From an uncultured Gemmatimonadales bacterium (GTDB lineage: Bacteria > Gemmatimonadota > Gemmatimonadetes > Gemmatimonadales > GWC2-71-9): a stretch of 64,000 nt of DNA. The notes beneath the pieces are model-generated. The model saw only the letters and a list, made by a program, of their open reading frames with translations. It was not told where the DNA came from and did no database searches. Positions 24,922-35,206 of this stretch are shown here, one piece after another (position 1 is the first letter of the stretch; every line of letters begins with the position of its first letter). The position numbers and the translations under genes were made by a program. The stretch spans positions 128,001-192,000 of the forward strand of contig CAWJMT010000004.1 in the NCBI GenBank assembly GCA_963844035.1, read 5' to 3'.

Positions 24922-26839
24922 TCATGGACTCGGAGTGAGCAGCGGCCAATACGTGGCGATGTTGAACCCCGTCGGCTCGATCTCGTAGTAGTGCCCGGCC
25001 GCGAAGTGGCCCGTCGTCGGGAAATACGGCGGCGGGTTGGTCGCTGCGCACGCGTCGTAGGAATACCGCTTCATGTTACCCGTACCGCCACCGGTACCCA
25101 CCGCGCCGCGCGTTTGCTGAATGACGCCACCCGTCAGGTACAGACAGCCGCGTCCCCAGGCGTTGGTTTGGCATGGCTCGGCCGTTTTCGTGCCCAGGTC
25201 GTGGTTCTCCACCGTGAAATTGCTCGAGGGCGAGCAAGACCCCCTGGATGAACTCGTCCGGAGAATCATCCCACGTGGCGTTGGTACCCCCGCCAATCGG
25301 GGGAAGGGGGTTGTTGATCAGATTGTCGGCGACAACGATGTCCGTGCCGCTGAACAGGCCCAGCATGTCCCGGTTGGCACTGGGACACGGGATGCCCAAT
25401 CCGGGGCTCGAGGCGTAGAGGATGTCGTCCGCGATGATGATGTTGTCCGTCGCCGCCAACGTCATCTGGCCACGCAGCACGCCGCTGACCGCCACCTTGC
25501 CGGTCACGAAGATCACCCCCTTGAAGTTGGGGTTGAGCGTCCGGGTGATGGGCCACAGGTACGCCGCATCCCCGGGGCAGAGGCGGACTCTGGGGCAAAC
25601 AATTCCGCTTGGTTGTAACGCTCGGGCTCACGGCGCCCGCCCAGGGCACCCACTTGCCGATGGAGTCGCACGGGGTCGTCAGCGCACGTGGCACCGGTCC
25701 CCGTGACGCCGAGGAGGAGCACGTTCTTCGTGGCGGTCCAGTCGTTCAGCATCTCCGACCCGCCCAGGTAGCAACGGAGGTTGGTGCCGTGCGTCAGGGC
25801 CCACGTCACGCTGTCCTGCGCAGTCGAGTTGCCGTACGGCGTGTGATGGGCGAACGTCTTGAAGTACGTGTGGGCGCCAGCTCCAGCGGCCGATATGTGA
25901 CCGCAGTTCCGGGATTTCTTGATGCCCGCCCGCGCTATACGCTCCGTACGTTCCGCCGGTGTCCGCCACCACCCACCAGGCATAGTTCGCCGGAGTCGTC
26001 CTGGTCACCTGGTAGACCCTCATGAACCCTTCGTCGATGCCGTCGAGTTTTCCGTCGTTGTTCAGGTCCACCGCGACGAATTCGATCCGGGTCGTCGCCT
26101 GCCCGACGGCCCCCCCCGTCGTGCTGGTGATGTCGGTGCCGCCCGTCGTCGCCTGGACCTGGAGCTTGGTGAGATCGGCGGTCTGCGGGAACGCAATCAA
26201 GGGCGCATTCTCTTTGTATCCCTGCTTGAAGATCGTGGGCAGCGTCTTTTGCCCGCTGATGGTTCCATGGGTCGCCACCGGGCCCCAGAACGTGATGCCG
26301 CCCGAGTTGATCGAGATGTTGTCGTTCGTGAACACCGGCCCGAAGATCTGGTCGCCGGAACCGAACTGAATGCTCCCCTCGGAGTTGGTGAAATACGCGT
26401 ACTTGGCGAAGCTCTCCTGGAAGATCTCGCCGCGGCGGATCACCCGGTCGCCCTGCGCGTTCTGCACCACCGACACCGCGCTGCCGAACACGCCGAACTG
26501 GCCGGTTGAAATACCGATCGGCCCGACGTACGTCCAGCGCTTGATGTTCGGGATCACGGCGCCGGCGGCATTGTAGACCGCCACACCGTTTTCCAGAACC
26601 TTGTACCCGGTGTCCGGGTAGTTCGTCTTCGCCGCGTTGACCATGGAGCGCGCTTCCTCCAGTCCCGCGTCGGCCGTCTCTTCCATGACGCTCATACGGG
26701 TGTGAAAGACGGAGATCAGGCTGGTGCTCGACCCGAGCAGGGCGGCGCCGGCCGCGATGGCCGCAATGGCCAGCACGACCAACAGCACAACCACCAGCGC
26801 GATGCCTCGCTCGTTACGCAATGCCGCATGGGACGTCAT
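24922..26839 (-). CDS. Large PilX-like minor pilin (set 1; several indels)
   Basis: GAGGAG SD and ERG|IALVVVLL lacking Glu5. FAKYAYFT, GPVFTND, GGVIQQTRG and YSYD...PPPYFP. Confidence 0.75.
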
Positions 26840-26850
26840 AGAAACTCTCC

Positions 26851-28014
26851 TCAAGGAGCTGTGGTGATGAGACTGGATGCCATCGGAGACAGCGACGGCG
26901 TGCAATCCTGCGCCGCCAGGGCGTAGTAGTACTGAAGTCCTGTCGCCACCCCGAAGTCCACGTACTGGTACGTGGCCTGTCCGGACGGGATAGCTGATGA
27001 TCGGGTCGCCCCAATCGGGATTGATGGACTGGCGGCGCCAGAGCACGTAGCGCTCGATGTCCTTCTCGCCGCCGCTCTCGTCGGTCCCCTTGGCCCACGT
27101 GATCTTGATCGTCGCGGGCATGACGCCGGGCACGGACACCGGGGTGACGCCCAGGCTGCGGCGGGTCACCGCACGACCTGCTGTTCGCGAGCCCCGCGTT
27201 GGGGAGCAGGATCATGCGCGAGATGGTGCGCTTCCGCTCGGCGGTGCCGGTGCGGCCGTTCGAGGCCGTGAAGTTCACCCGCACCGCGCGCAGGCTGTCG
27301 ATGAGCGCGATACGCCCCGGTGTCGCCCGGGGACAGATGGATCTTGACGCTGTGCATCAGCGGCAAGGCAGCCGCGGAGTGCAGCACGATCGACGCCGGC
27401 GATCCCAGCGGCGTGATCTGCCGGTAGTACTGCAGGAACGGGGTGGTCCCGGTCTGCAGGATGTTCCGCGCCACGACCTCGGGCGCGCTGACGTTGATCT
27501 TGCGGTACAGCAAGTAGTCGTCCGTGCGGGCGGTCGTCGTGTCCAGCGCGAAGTAGAAGATGATCGTCTCCGCCCCGCTGTTCAGGCCGCTGACCAGGTA
27601 CGACGTGTCCGGGTACCCGAACGACGTCCCCGGCAGCGTGTACTTCTGCGACTGGGTCAACGCCAGGACGGTGCTGTCGGGCGCGTCGGGATTGTAGTAG
27701 ACCGCGAACACGTCGCCCGCGGTGTTGGTCCAGTAGTTCGCGTTCATCGCGACGACGGTGTTGCTGGCGTAGATGAGCTGGGGCTGCGCATCCGTGGTCC
27801 CCGCCCCGGCCGTGCGCAGATCCTTCTCCATCTCGTTCAGGATGTAGCGCGTGTTCTGATACATCGACACGCGCTCGCTCCCCAGCGCAAAGCCGCGGCT
27901 CTGCGCCTTCAGGAAGGCCAGCGTCGCGCCCATGACGAACGAGAACACGAGCAAGGCCAGCATCATTTCGACGAGCGTCATGCCGCGCTCGCCGTCCCGC
28001 CGAATGTCGATCAT
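26851..28014 (-). CDS. PilW-like minor pilin with FN3-like C-terminus (set 1; several indels)
   Basis: ERG|MTLVEMMLALL and EMEKDLRTAG. Reconstructed C-terminus ITW...RYVLWRR...YYYALAAQDC. Confidence 0.75.
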
Positions 28015-28385
28015 GGCGCCGCCACCGTCACCGTCCGCGCGACCGAAGCCGTCAATCCCGGCCCGGTCACCGTCACGGTGATCTTTTTATAGTCGTTGGA
28101 GCCCGTCGTCGTGCGGATGATCTGCGTCACCCGCTGGAACCCGGGCAATGTTGGGAAACTCGTCTCCGTCGTCGCGTACAGACTGTCGAGCGTGACATAG
28201 TTCGGATCGGTCCGGATCTGATCGAGCCGGTCGTTCACGAGCTGCATGGCCGCTTCCTGGCGATCGCTGACCGCCGCGATGTTCGCCGTTTTCCCCGTCA
28301 TCGTGACCAGCCCCACCATGACGACCAGCAGGATCGTCAAGGCCACCACGACTTCGATCAATGTGAATCCGCGTGAATTGGCCAT
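28011..28385 (-). CDS. PilV-like minor pilin (set 1)
   Basis: MANSRG|FTLIEVVVAL; 124 aa. Confidence 0.82.
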   Translation of the reverse strand: MANSRGFTLIEVVVALTILLVVMVGLVTMTGKTANIAAVSDRQEAAMQLVNDRLDQIRTDPNYVTLDSLYATTETSFPTLPGFQRVTQIIRTTTGSNDYKKITVTVTGPGLTASVARTVTVAAP

Positions 28386-28387
28386 TG

Positions 28388-28955
28388 TCAGAACGCCCTC
28401 ACCCAGGTGGTGCCGTTGTACCGAGACCAGGAAGCCCGGCCGGTCGCGCGATCGAGCGTGATGGCGCGCGCATCTTTGGCGTACGACGCGTAGTTCGCTG
28501 CCGCGTTTCGAGATCAGGTAGAATCCCGCCGGCTCGCTCGCGCTGCCATCGCGGTGGAACACCAGGGCCTTGTAGCCCTGCACGGTCTTCGTGAACGACA
28601 GCGGACCGGCGCCGATCTGCGCCAGCGCCGTCGCTGAGCCTTTCCCGTACACGATCTTGTCGCCCAGCGGAATCGACCGGACCCGCTCACCGGCCTCCAC
28701 CGTCCCGTTGTTGTTCCTGTCCTCGTGCACCCGCAGCGCCTGCTTGGCCGTGTCGAACATCACGATGATGTCGTGCTGCTTGGCGATCGACTGCCGCTCG
28801 AGGGCCAAGAGCTGCATTCCGGTGCCCTGCATGGCGCTCTCGACCTGGTACTTGGTCACGTCGATCTTCGGGGCCGCGAACGCGACGATCATCCCGAGAA
28901 TGATGAAAACCACCAACAGCTCGATCAGTGTGACACCACGACGACCTAGGCGCAT
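28388..28955 (-). CDS. FimT/FimU-like minor pilin (indel near 28500)
   Basis: RRG|VTLIELLVVFIILG, DRNNNGTVEAGE and VFHRDGS. Confidence 0.78.
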
Positions 28956-28984
28956 AAGAAATCCCCCATTTGCCTCGCCACGTA

Positions 28985-29000
28985 GGCAGGTCGCATGCCA
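28985..29000 (-). promoter_or_regulatory. Sigma-54 promoter of minor-pilin set 1
   Basis: TGGCATGCGACCTGCC with exact GG(-24)/GC(-12) spacing. IHF-like ACTCAAGTCATTG at 29021-29033. Confidence 0.65.
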
Positions 29001-29069
29001 TGAATTAACATGCGTAGTGACAATGACTTGAGTGAATTGGACGCGCCGCTCGCGGGCGCAAGATCCCGC

Positions 29070-29093
29070 ACTAGTGCAACTCGTTGCACTAGT
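29070..29093. promoter_or_regulatory. Palindromic putative enhancer (UAS)
   Basis: ACTAGTGCAAC-TC-GTTGCACTAGT with a TGCA-N6-TGCA core, about 100 bp upstream of the predicted start site. Confidence 0.55.
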
Positions 29094-30443
29094 CGAGCTG
29101 GTACTGCCTGAGCTTGTAGAAGAGCGTCCGCAGGCTGATCCCCAACCGCTGAGCCGCGTCGCGCCGGCTGCCGCCGGTCGCCGCCAGCGCGGCCGCGATG
29201 GTGCGGCGTTCCGCCGCCTCCACCGCCTCCTCCAGCGTTCCCGGCATTGCCATCGGACCGGGGCGCACGCCGGAGCGGCCGCGCGCGCCTCGGGCCGGAA
29301 ATGGTCGGGCTCGAGCACGGTCGCGTCCGACAGTACCGCGGCCCGCTCGAGCGCGTGCTCGAGCTGGCGAATGTTGCCGGGCCATTCCTGCTGCTCCAAC
29401 CACGCCAGGGCCGCCGGACTGATCGAGAGACGACGGCCGAAGCGGTGCGCCAGCCGCGCCACGAAGTGCCGCGCCAGCGGCGCGATGTCTTCACGCCGCG
29501 CGGCGAGCGGCGGCAGGTGAATCGCGACCACGTTCAGCCGATCGAACAGGTCCTCCCGGAACCGGCCGGCCGCGGCGTCGCCCGCCAGGTCGCGCGCGGT
29601 GGCCGCGAGCAGGCGCACATCCAGACGTCGCGTCCGCTGGTCGCCGACGCGGCGGATCTCCCCCTCCTGCAGGACGCGCAGCAGCTTCGCCTGGAGCGCC
29701 AGCGGCAGCTCGCCGATCTCGTCCAGCAGCAGGGTGCCGCCGTCGGCCTGCTCGAACAGGCCCGGCCGGTCTCCCGCCGCACCCGTGAATGCACCCTTCA
29801 CGTGACCGAACAGCTCGGACTCGAGCAGCGCATCGGGAATGGCCGCGCAGTTCACGGCGACGAACGGCTGCGCGGCGCGCGGGCTGGCGCGGTGAATCGC
29901 CTGCGCGATGACCTCTTTCCCCGTCCCCCGCTCGCCGGTGATGAGCACGGTGGTGCGGTGCTCAGCCACGCGGGCCACGAGGGCGAGCGCCTGTTTCATC
30001 GCCGCGCTCTCGGCGATGAGGGCGCGGTTCACCGGACTGCTGTCGAGCTGTGCTTTGAGTGTCGCGACGGTGTGGCGAAGCCGCTCCCGCTCCTCCGCCT
30101 TGCGGAGGGTGAGGACCACCTCGTCGGGGCGGAACGGCTTGGGGATGTAGTCGTACGCCCCTTCCTTCATCGCGGCGAGGGCGGACTCTTCACCCCCGTA
30201 TGCGCTCATCATGACGATCAGGGCTGCACCTCCCGCATCCTTGTACGCGCGCAGGAACTCGAGCCCGCCCATCTCCGGCATCCGTACGTCGCACAGGATC
30301 AGATCGAACGGCTCGGCCATTGCGCGCGCGAGCGCCTTGGCGCCGTCACTCTCCGACGTGACCGAGTACCCGGCGTCCGCCAGCAGCAGGCCGAGCGACT
30401 GGCGCAGGCCCGGCTCATCGTCCACCACCAGGACTCGACTCAT
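29089..30443 (-). CDS. Sigma-54 response regulator, PilR2-like (indel near 29270)
   Basis: VLVVDDE...[15 protein letters not shown] and WPGNIRQL. The HTH ([15 protein letters not shown]) is in ORF 29089..29403. Confidence 0.9.
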
Positions 30444-31585
30444 GCGTCGTTACGCCTCGCGCGATCAGCGGCCGGAAAGAACATCTTGAATGCGGCTCCA
30501 CCCTCCCGCGCGGTATCGACCCACACGACGCCCCCCATGTCGTCCACCGCTCGGGCGACGATCGCCAGGCCGAGCCCGGTGCCGCGGCCCGGCTCCTTGG
30601 TGGTGAAGAACGGATCGAAGATGCGCTCGCGATTCCCCGCGGCCACCCCCGGTCCCGAGTCGGCCACGAACAGCAGGGCCCCAGGCTCACCCAGCGCGAA
30701 ATCCGCCCGTCCCGGGCGGCGCTCGAACCCGCGCTGGAAACCAACCGAACCGTGGTCGGTCTCGCGCCGCGGCGCGGCGCGGCGTTCGTACTCCCACCCC
30801 CGCGCACCCAGTACCACCACCCCTTGAGGAGTGGCGTCCACGGCGTTCAAGACGAGGTTCACGATCACCTGCTCCAGGAGATGGGCGCGTCCCAGAATCT
30901 GAGGCACGTCCGGGGTGACTTCCACCGCGGCCGAGACCGCCTTCAGAACCCCCTGAGCGCTGAGCAGGGCATGGGCGCCCTGTAAGATGGTCCCGGGGTC
31001 GAGGGGGACCAGAGCTTCCTCCTGCGGCCGCGCATAGTCCAGGAGGCTGCGGACGATCCGGTCGATCCGGTCGATCTCCCGGCCCAAGCCGGCCACCACC
31101 TCCGGATCCGCGCCACGGCGCCGCAGCACTTCGACGTAGGTGCCCATCGCGCCCAGCGGGTTTCCCACCTCGTGCGCGATCCCGGCGGCGAGCCGCCCCA
31201 CGCTGGCGAGTTTTTCGGTGCGGACGAGCTGGCTCTGGGCGTCGAGCAGGTAGTCCGTCATGCGGTTCAAGCGCTTGGACAGCATTTCGAAGTCGCGGGT
31301 CTCCGCCTCTTCGGCGCGGGCTCCGAGATCTCCGCCGGCCACCGCATCGGCCACCGCGACGAGTCGCTCGACCGGGCGCAGCACCAGCCGGCCCACCAGG
31401 TAGCGCCCGAAGAAAATGAAGACGATCACGTCGAGAGGAACGACGGTGAGAACGAAGGGAAGCGCACGATTGGGGGCGAGGGCGGTGACCAGGACGACCG
31501 TCACAGCTCCGAGCAGCAGGGCGGTGGCGGCGAGGAACGCCAGGTTGAAGAGCAGCTCGGTACGCAGCGACGGCTTGGAAGCCAT
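30440..31585 (-). CDS. HAMP sensor histidine kinase, PilS2-like
   Basis: Two TM helices, [24 protein letters not shown] and FFTTK..GTGLGL. Confidence 0.92.
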   Translation of the reverse strand: MASKPSLRTELLFNLAFLAATALLLGAVTVVLVTALAPNRALPFVLTVVPLDVIVFIFFGRYLVGRLVLRPVERLVAVADAVAGGDLGARAEEAETRDFEMLSKRLNRMTDYLLDAQSQLVRTEKLASVGRLAAGIAHEVGNPLGAMGTYVEVLRRRGADPEVVAGLGREIDRIDRIVRSLLDYARPQEEALVPLDPGTILQGAHALLSAQGVLKAVSAAVEVTPDVPQILGRAHLLEQVIVNLVLNAVDATPQGVVVLGARGWEYERRAAPRRETDHGSVGFQRGFERRPGRADFALGEPGALLFVADSGPGVAAGNRERIFDPFFTTKEPGRGTGLGLAIVARAVDDMGGVVWVDTAREGGAAFKMFFPAADRARRNDA

Positions 31586-31597
31586 GACGCCACAATA

Positions 31598-31631
31598 CAA
31601 GAAAAGAGCGGCGGGGAAAGCCCCGCCGCTC
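31598..31631 (-). terminator. Intrinsic terminator after the last pilin copy
   Basis: GAGCGGCGGGG-CTTT-CCCCGCCGCTC followed by TTTTCTT. Confidence 0.85.
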
Positions 31632-31653
31632 CCTGACTACCCAGCCGACCTGC

Positions 31654-32070
31654 TTACTGGCAGACCGGCGCGCCCTCAGGCGACGCGGCCGAAGCCGGAG
31701 CCGTCGGCGTCACGGCGCCGATGTAGATGCCGCAGCTCTTCGACGTGTTGGTGTTGGTGACGTTCACCGTCCAACCCGCCTGCGTACCCGTACCGGTCGT
31801 CACGGTGCCCAGCGTATTGCCGGTCGTCGTACAGAACGAGACCGAACCCGCCGGCGCCGGATTGGCGCACGACACGGCCGTGGTGTACTTGATCGAGTCG
31901 GCGAAATACGCCTCCTCGGCGGTCACCAGGTTGCGCATGTCGGACTTCATGGAGGCGATGTACGCCTTTTCCTTCGTGTTGGCGAACTTCGGGATCGCGA
32001 TGGCGGCCAAGATGCCGATGATCACCACGACGATCAACAGCTCGATCAGTGTAAAGCCCTTGCGGTTCAT
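31654..32070 (-). CDS. pilA: Type IVa major pilin, distal copy
   Basis: MNRKG|FTLIELLIVVVIIGILAAIAIP; 138 aa with 4 Cys. Confidence 0.93.
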   Translation of the reverse strand: MNRKGFTLIELLIVVVIIGILAAIAIPKFANTKEKAYIASMKSDMRNLVTAEEAYFADSIKYTTAVSCANPAPAGSVSFCTTTGNTLGTVTTGTGTQAGWTVNVTNTNTSKSCGIYIGAVTPTAPASAASPEGAPVCQ

Positions 32071-32144
32071 CTCAGTACCCCATTGAACGTGTGGATCAAC
32101 GGCTGTGGAGCAGGTGGCAGAGTGCCAACTCGTGATCCACGTGA

Positions 32145-32160
32145 AGCAAGGGCCATGCTC
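32145..32160 (-). promoter_or_regulatory. Degenerate sigma-54 promoter of the distal pilin
   Basis: GAGCATGGCCCTTGCT has AG in place of GG at -24. It sits at the position homologous to the middle-copy promoter. Confidence 0.4.
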
Positions 32161-32293
32161 ACGAGGTCGAATTTTGCTAAGGCGTTGCGGGTGGTCGCGA
32201 TAGGATACTACGGCGGGGAAAAGCCCTACATCCTGGGCTCTCAAAAGCGGGGTCTTGTGCGACCGATTCCGCTAATTGCGGTACCGAAAGTCT

Positions 32294-32323
32294 CGGAGCG
32301 GCGGGGTTACCCCCGCCGCTCCG
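32294..32323 (-). terminator. Hairpin after the middle pilin (no adjacent U tract)
   Basis: CGGAGCGGCGGGG-GTAA-CCCCGCCGCTCCG. Confidence 0.6.
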
Positions 32324-32344
32324 TGATGCGTCAGACTGAGAACC

Positions 32345-32761
32345 TTACTGGCAGACCGGCGCGCCTTCCGGCGACGCGGCCGAAGCCGGAGCAGTCGGCG
32401 TCACGGCGCCGATGTAGATGCCGCAGCTCTTCGACGTGTTGGTGTTGGTGACGTTCGTCGTCCAACCCGCCTGCGTACCAGTACCAGTCGTTACGGTGCC
32501 CAGCGTATTGCCGGTCGTCGTACAGAACGAGACCGAACCCGCCGGCGCCGGATTGGCGCACGAAATGGCCGTGGTGTACTTGATCGAGTCGGCGAAGTAC
32601 GCCTCCTCGGCGGTCACCAGGTTGCGCAGATCCGACTTCATGGAGGCGATGTACGCCTTTTCCTTCGTGTTGGCGAACTTCGGGATCGCGATGGCGGCCA
32701 AGATGCCGATGATCACCACGACGATCAACAACTCGATCAGCGTAAAGCCCTTGCGGTTCAT
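32345..32761 (-). CDS. pilA: Type IVa major pilin, middle copy
   Basis: 138 aa, near-identical to its neighbours; AGGAG SD. Confidence 0.93.
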   Translation of the reverse strand: MNRKGFTLIELLIVVVIIGILAAIAIPKFANTKEKAYIASMKSDLRNLVTAEEAYFADSIKYTTAISCANPAPAGSVSFCTTTGNTLGTVTTGTGTQAGWTTNVTNTNTSKSCGIYIGAVTPTAPASAASPEGAPVCQ

Positions 32762-32836
32762 TTCAGTGCTCCTGGGAACGTGTGGTTTTCAACGGCGGTG
32801 AAACAGGTGGCAGGGCGCCAACTCGGGGCGAGGATA

Positions 32837-32852
32837 CGCAAAGGACATACCT
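32837..32852 (-). promoter_or_regulatory. Sigma-54 promoter of the middle pilin
   Basis: AGGTATGTCCTTTGCG with exact GG/TTGC spacing. Confidence 0.6.
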
Positions 32853-32988
32853 CAGGACGTCGAATTCGCTAAGCCGTTGCACGTGAGGGCTATGCGGCCC
32901 AAGGGTGGGGGAATGCCTTACGTCCCCGGTCTCCAGGACACGGGCCTTGTGCCATCTATCTTGCCAATTGCAATGGCTCAAAACGCGA

Positions 32989-33014
32989 GAGCGGCGGGGT
33001 TACCCCCGCCGCTC
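32989..33014 (-). terminator. Hairpin after the proximal pilin (weak U tract)
   Basis: GAGCGGCGGGG-GTAA-CCCCGCCGCTC followed by TCGCGTTTT. Confidence 0.6.
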
Positions 33015-33037
33015 CGTGATGCGTCAGACTGAGAAGC

Positions 33038-33454
33038 TTACTGGCAGACCGGCGCGCCCTCAGGCGACGCGGCCGAAGCCGGAGCAGTCGGCGTCACGGC
33101 GCCGATGTAGATGCCGCAGCTCTTCGACGTGTTGGTGTTGGTGACGTTCACCGTCCAACCCGCCTGCGTACCAGTACCAGTCGTCACCGTGCCCAGCGTA
33201 TTGCCGGTCGTCGTACAGAACGAGACCGAACCCGCCGGCGCCGGATTGGTGCACGACACGGCCGTGGTGTACTTGATCGAGTCGGCGAAATACGCCTCCT
33301 CGGCGGTCACCAGGTTGCGCAGATCCGACTTCATGGAGGCGATGTACGCCTTTTCCTTCGTGTTGGCGAACTTCGGGATCGCGATGGCGGCCAAGATGCC
33401 GATGATCACCACGACGATCAACAACTCGATCAGTGTAAAACCCTTGCGGTTCAT
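33038..33454 (-). CDS. pilA: Type IVa major pilin, proximal copy
   Basis: 138 aa from ATG 33454; GGAG SD. Confidence 0.93.
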   Translation of the reverse strand: MNRKGFTLIELLIVVVIIGILAAIAIPKFANTKEKAYIASMKSDLRNLVTAEEAYFADSIKYTTAVSCTNPAPAGSVSFCTTTGNTLGTVTTGTGTQAGWTVNVTNTNTSKSCGIYIGAVTPTAPASAASPEGAPVCQ

Positions 33455-33523
33455 TTCAGACGCTCCGGTTGACGGTGACTTCGTTGACCAGCCAAAAAGC
33501 GATTGCGATGGGGTCAGGGACGG

Positions 33524-33539
33524 GGCAAAGCTCATGCCC
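33524..33539 (-). promoter_or_regulatory. Sigma-54 promoter of the proximal pilin
   Basis: GGGCATGAGCTTTGCC with exact spacing and an AT-rich IHF-like tract upstream. Confidence 0.68.
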
Positions 33540-33679
33540 CGTCCGGAAAAGTCAGCTAAGTCACTGAATTACAATGTGTTAACGTGTGACCAGAAAGCTC
33601 TGGTCACATAGCAAGCCCTTGGCAATTTGCGGGTATCAGCGAGAAATTCGCGAGATTCTGGCGCCTGCAAAAAACTGCA

Positions 33680-35206
33680 CTATTGCTGGTGCAAGTATTG
33701 ATCGTACCACGATTTGTCCCACGGAAACCAGGTTCCGGCCGTGTCCGCCAGCGCGCGCGCTCGACCCCGGTCACCCCGCCTGAGCGCTACGACGAACTGA
33801 GCACGAAGCGCCACGTGCTCCCGCACGAGGAGGGCGCGAGCCTGCGCCGCCAGCGCGCGCGCCTGCGCGGTGTCCCCGAGGCCGGCGAGATAGAGGGCGT
33901 ACGCGGCGTTGAGGTGCGGATCGCCGTTGAACAGTGAGACGGCCCGTGCATACTCGCGCCGGGCCGAAGCGGTATCTCGCATCCCGGCAAGGACCGCGGC
34001 GGCCGATGCGTGTGCGCGGTACGACTCCGGGTGATCGGCGAGCAGCGTGAGCAAGAACGCGCGGTTGTCGCGCCACGCTCCGAGGCGGATGAACGAACCT
34101 GCGCCGAGACCGATAGCGAGAATCGCGAACGCGATCCGCCGGTCCGGCGCGCGCCCCAGCGCACGATGGCCAGCGACCACCGCATATCCCGCCAGCACCG
34201 AGACCAGCAGCACCGCCATGTAGAGGTTGCGCTCCGCCAACACGACGCCGGATGCGAACAAGAGATTGGAGGTTGGCAGGCAGCACAGCGCAGTCGCGAG
34301 TGCGGCGAAACTGAGCGCCGGCCAGCGGCGCCGGCACGACCAGGCCAGACCCGGTACTCCGACCACGATCGCGGCGCCGGTGACGGCGGCGAGTGAAATG
34401 CCGGTGCGCATCGGGAGGACTTGAGGCCCATAATCCGTCGACAGCCCGATCGGCCACACCAGTAACCGAGCGGCGCGCGCGATCGCGGGGAACGCCAGCG
34501 CGAGGCGCTGGCCCACTCCCACCCCGAGGAACGGTGCGGCGACATCGACCGAGGCGGCGGCTCCAATCTTCGCCCACAGCGCGAGGAACCCGACGGTGAC
34601 GACGGCCAGTGCCAGGTAGAGGCCCGCCGGGTAGCGGCGCGTGCCGGGGGGCCGCAGCCAGTCGTCGATCAAGACGACCATGCCGGCCACGACGCCGTGT
34701 TCCTTGCTGAGCATCGCGACACCCGCGCACGCGACGGCGACGGCCCACGAGCGGCGGCGGGCGCTCACCACGGCGCCCAGTATCCCCACGGCCGCGAGCA
34801 GCTCGGCGCGGCCTACGACTCCGGCAACCGCTTCGACATGGACCGGATGCAGCGCGAAGACGAGGCCCGCCGCGAGCGCTGCCGGCTCGGGTAGCCAGCG
34901 CGCGACGACCAGCACCACCAGGAGCGCGGCGACGCCGTGCCACAGCGCGTTCAGGAGATGGAACAGCCAGGGTCGGCCCCCGGCCAGCCACCAATCCACG
35001 GCGTAACTCAGAATCGTCAGCGGACGGTACAGGCCCCCGGCGTTGGGCGGCGGCCAGTAGGGACGGCTGAACCCGTGGACGGCCTGAGAGAGCGAGTGCA
35101 CGGTGGGATTGTTCGCGACGATGAGACGGTCGTCCTCCACGAAATCGTGGCGCACCGTCGGCAGGTAGAGCGCAGCAGCAGCCGCGAAGATCAGCCAGCG
35201 CTTCAC
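33680..35206 (-). CDS. TMTC-like GT-C protein O-glycosyltransferase C
   Basis: FVEDD, LYRPL, HPVHVEAVAGVVGRAELL, SKE, LAERNLY, WRD and a helical TPR-like tail. GTG start at 35206. Confidence 0.78.
   Translation of the reverse strand: MKRWLIFAAAAALYLPTVRHDFVEDDRLIVANNPTVHSLSQAVHGFSRPYWPPPNAGGLYRPLTILSYAVDWWLAGGRPWLFHLLNALWHGVAALLVVLVVARWLPEPAALAAGLVFALHPVHVEAVAGVVGRAELLAAVGILGAVVSARRRSWAVAVACAGVAMLSKEHGVVAGMVVLIDDWLRPPGTRRYPAGLYLALAVVTVGFLALWAKIGAAASVDVAAPFLGVGVGQRLALAFPAIARAARLLVWPIGLSTDYGPQVLPMRTGISLAAVTGAAIVVGVPGLAWSCRRRWPALSFAALATALCCLPTSNLLFASGVVLAERNLYMAVLLVSVLAGYAVVAGHRALGRAPDRRIAFAILAIGLGAGSFIRLGAWRDNRAFLLTLLADHPESYRAHASAAAVLAGMRDTASARREYARAVSLFNGDPHLNAAYALYLAGLGDTAQARALAAQARALLVREHVALRAQFVVALRRGDRGRARALADTAGTWFPWDKSWYDQYLHQQ

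Noticed and set aside
28011..30443. Response regulator-pilin-pilin fusion (810 aa)
   Set aside because: Indel read-through. The HTH and stop at 29089 and a promoter region separate the genes.
32071..32135. c-di-GMP riboswitch in the pilin leaders
   Set aside because: The leaders are short and I could not find class I or II consensus elements.
31654..33454. Conductive e-pili
   Set aside because: The N-terminus is Geobacter-like (F1, F24, Y32, Y50, F51, Y57), but Y27 is absent. Aromatics are only 9 of 133 residues, and no cytochrome genes are nearby.
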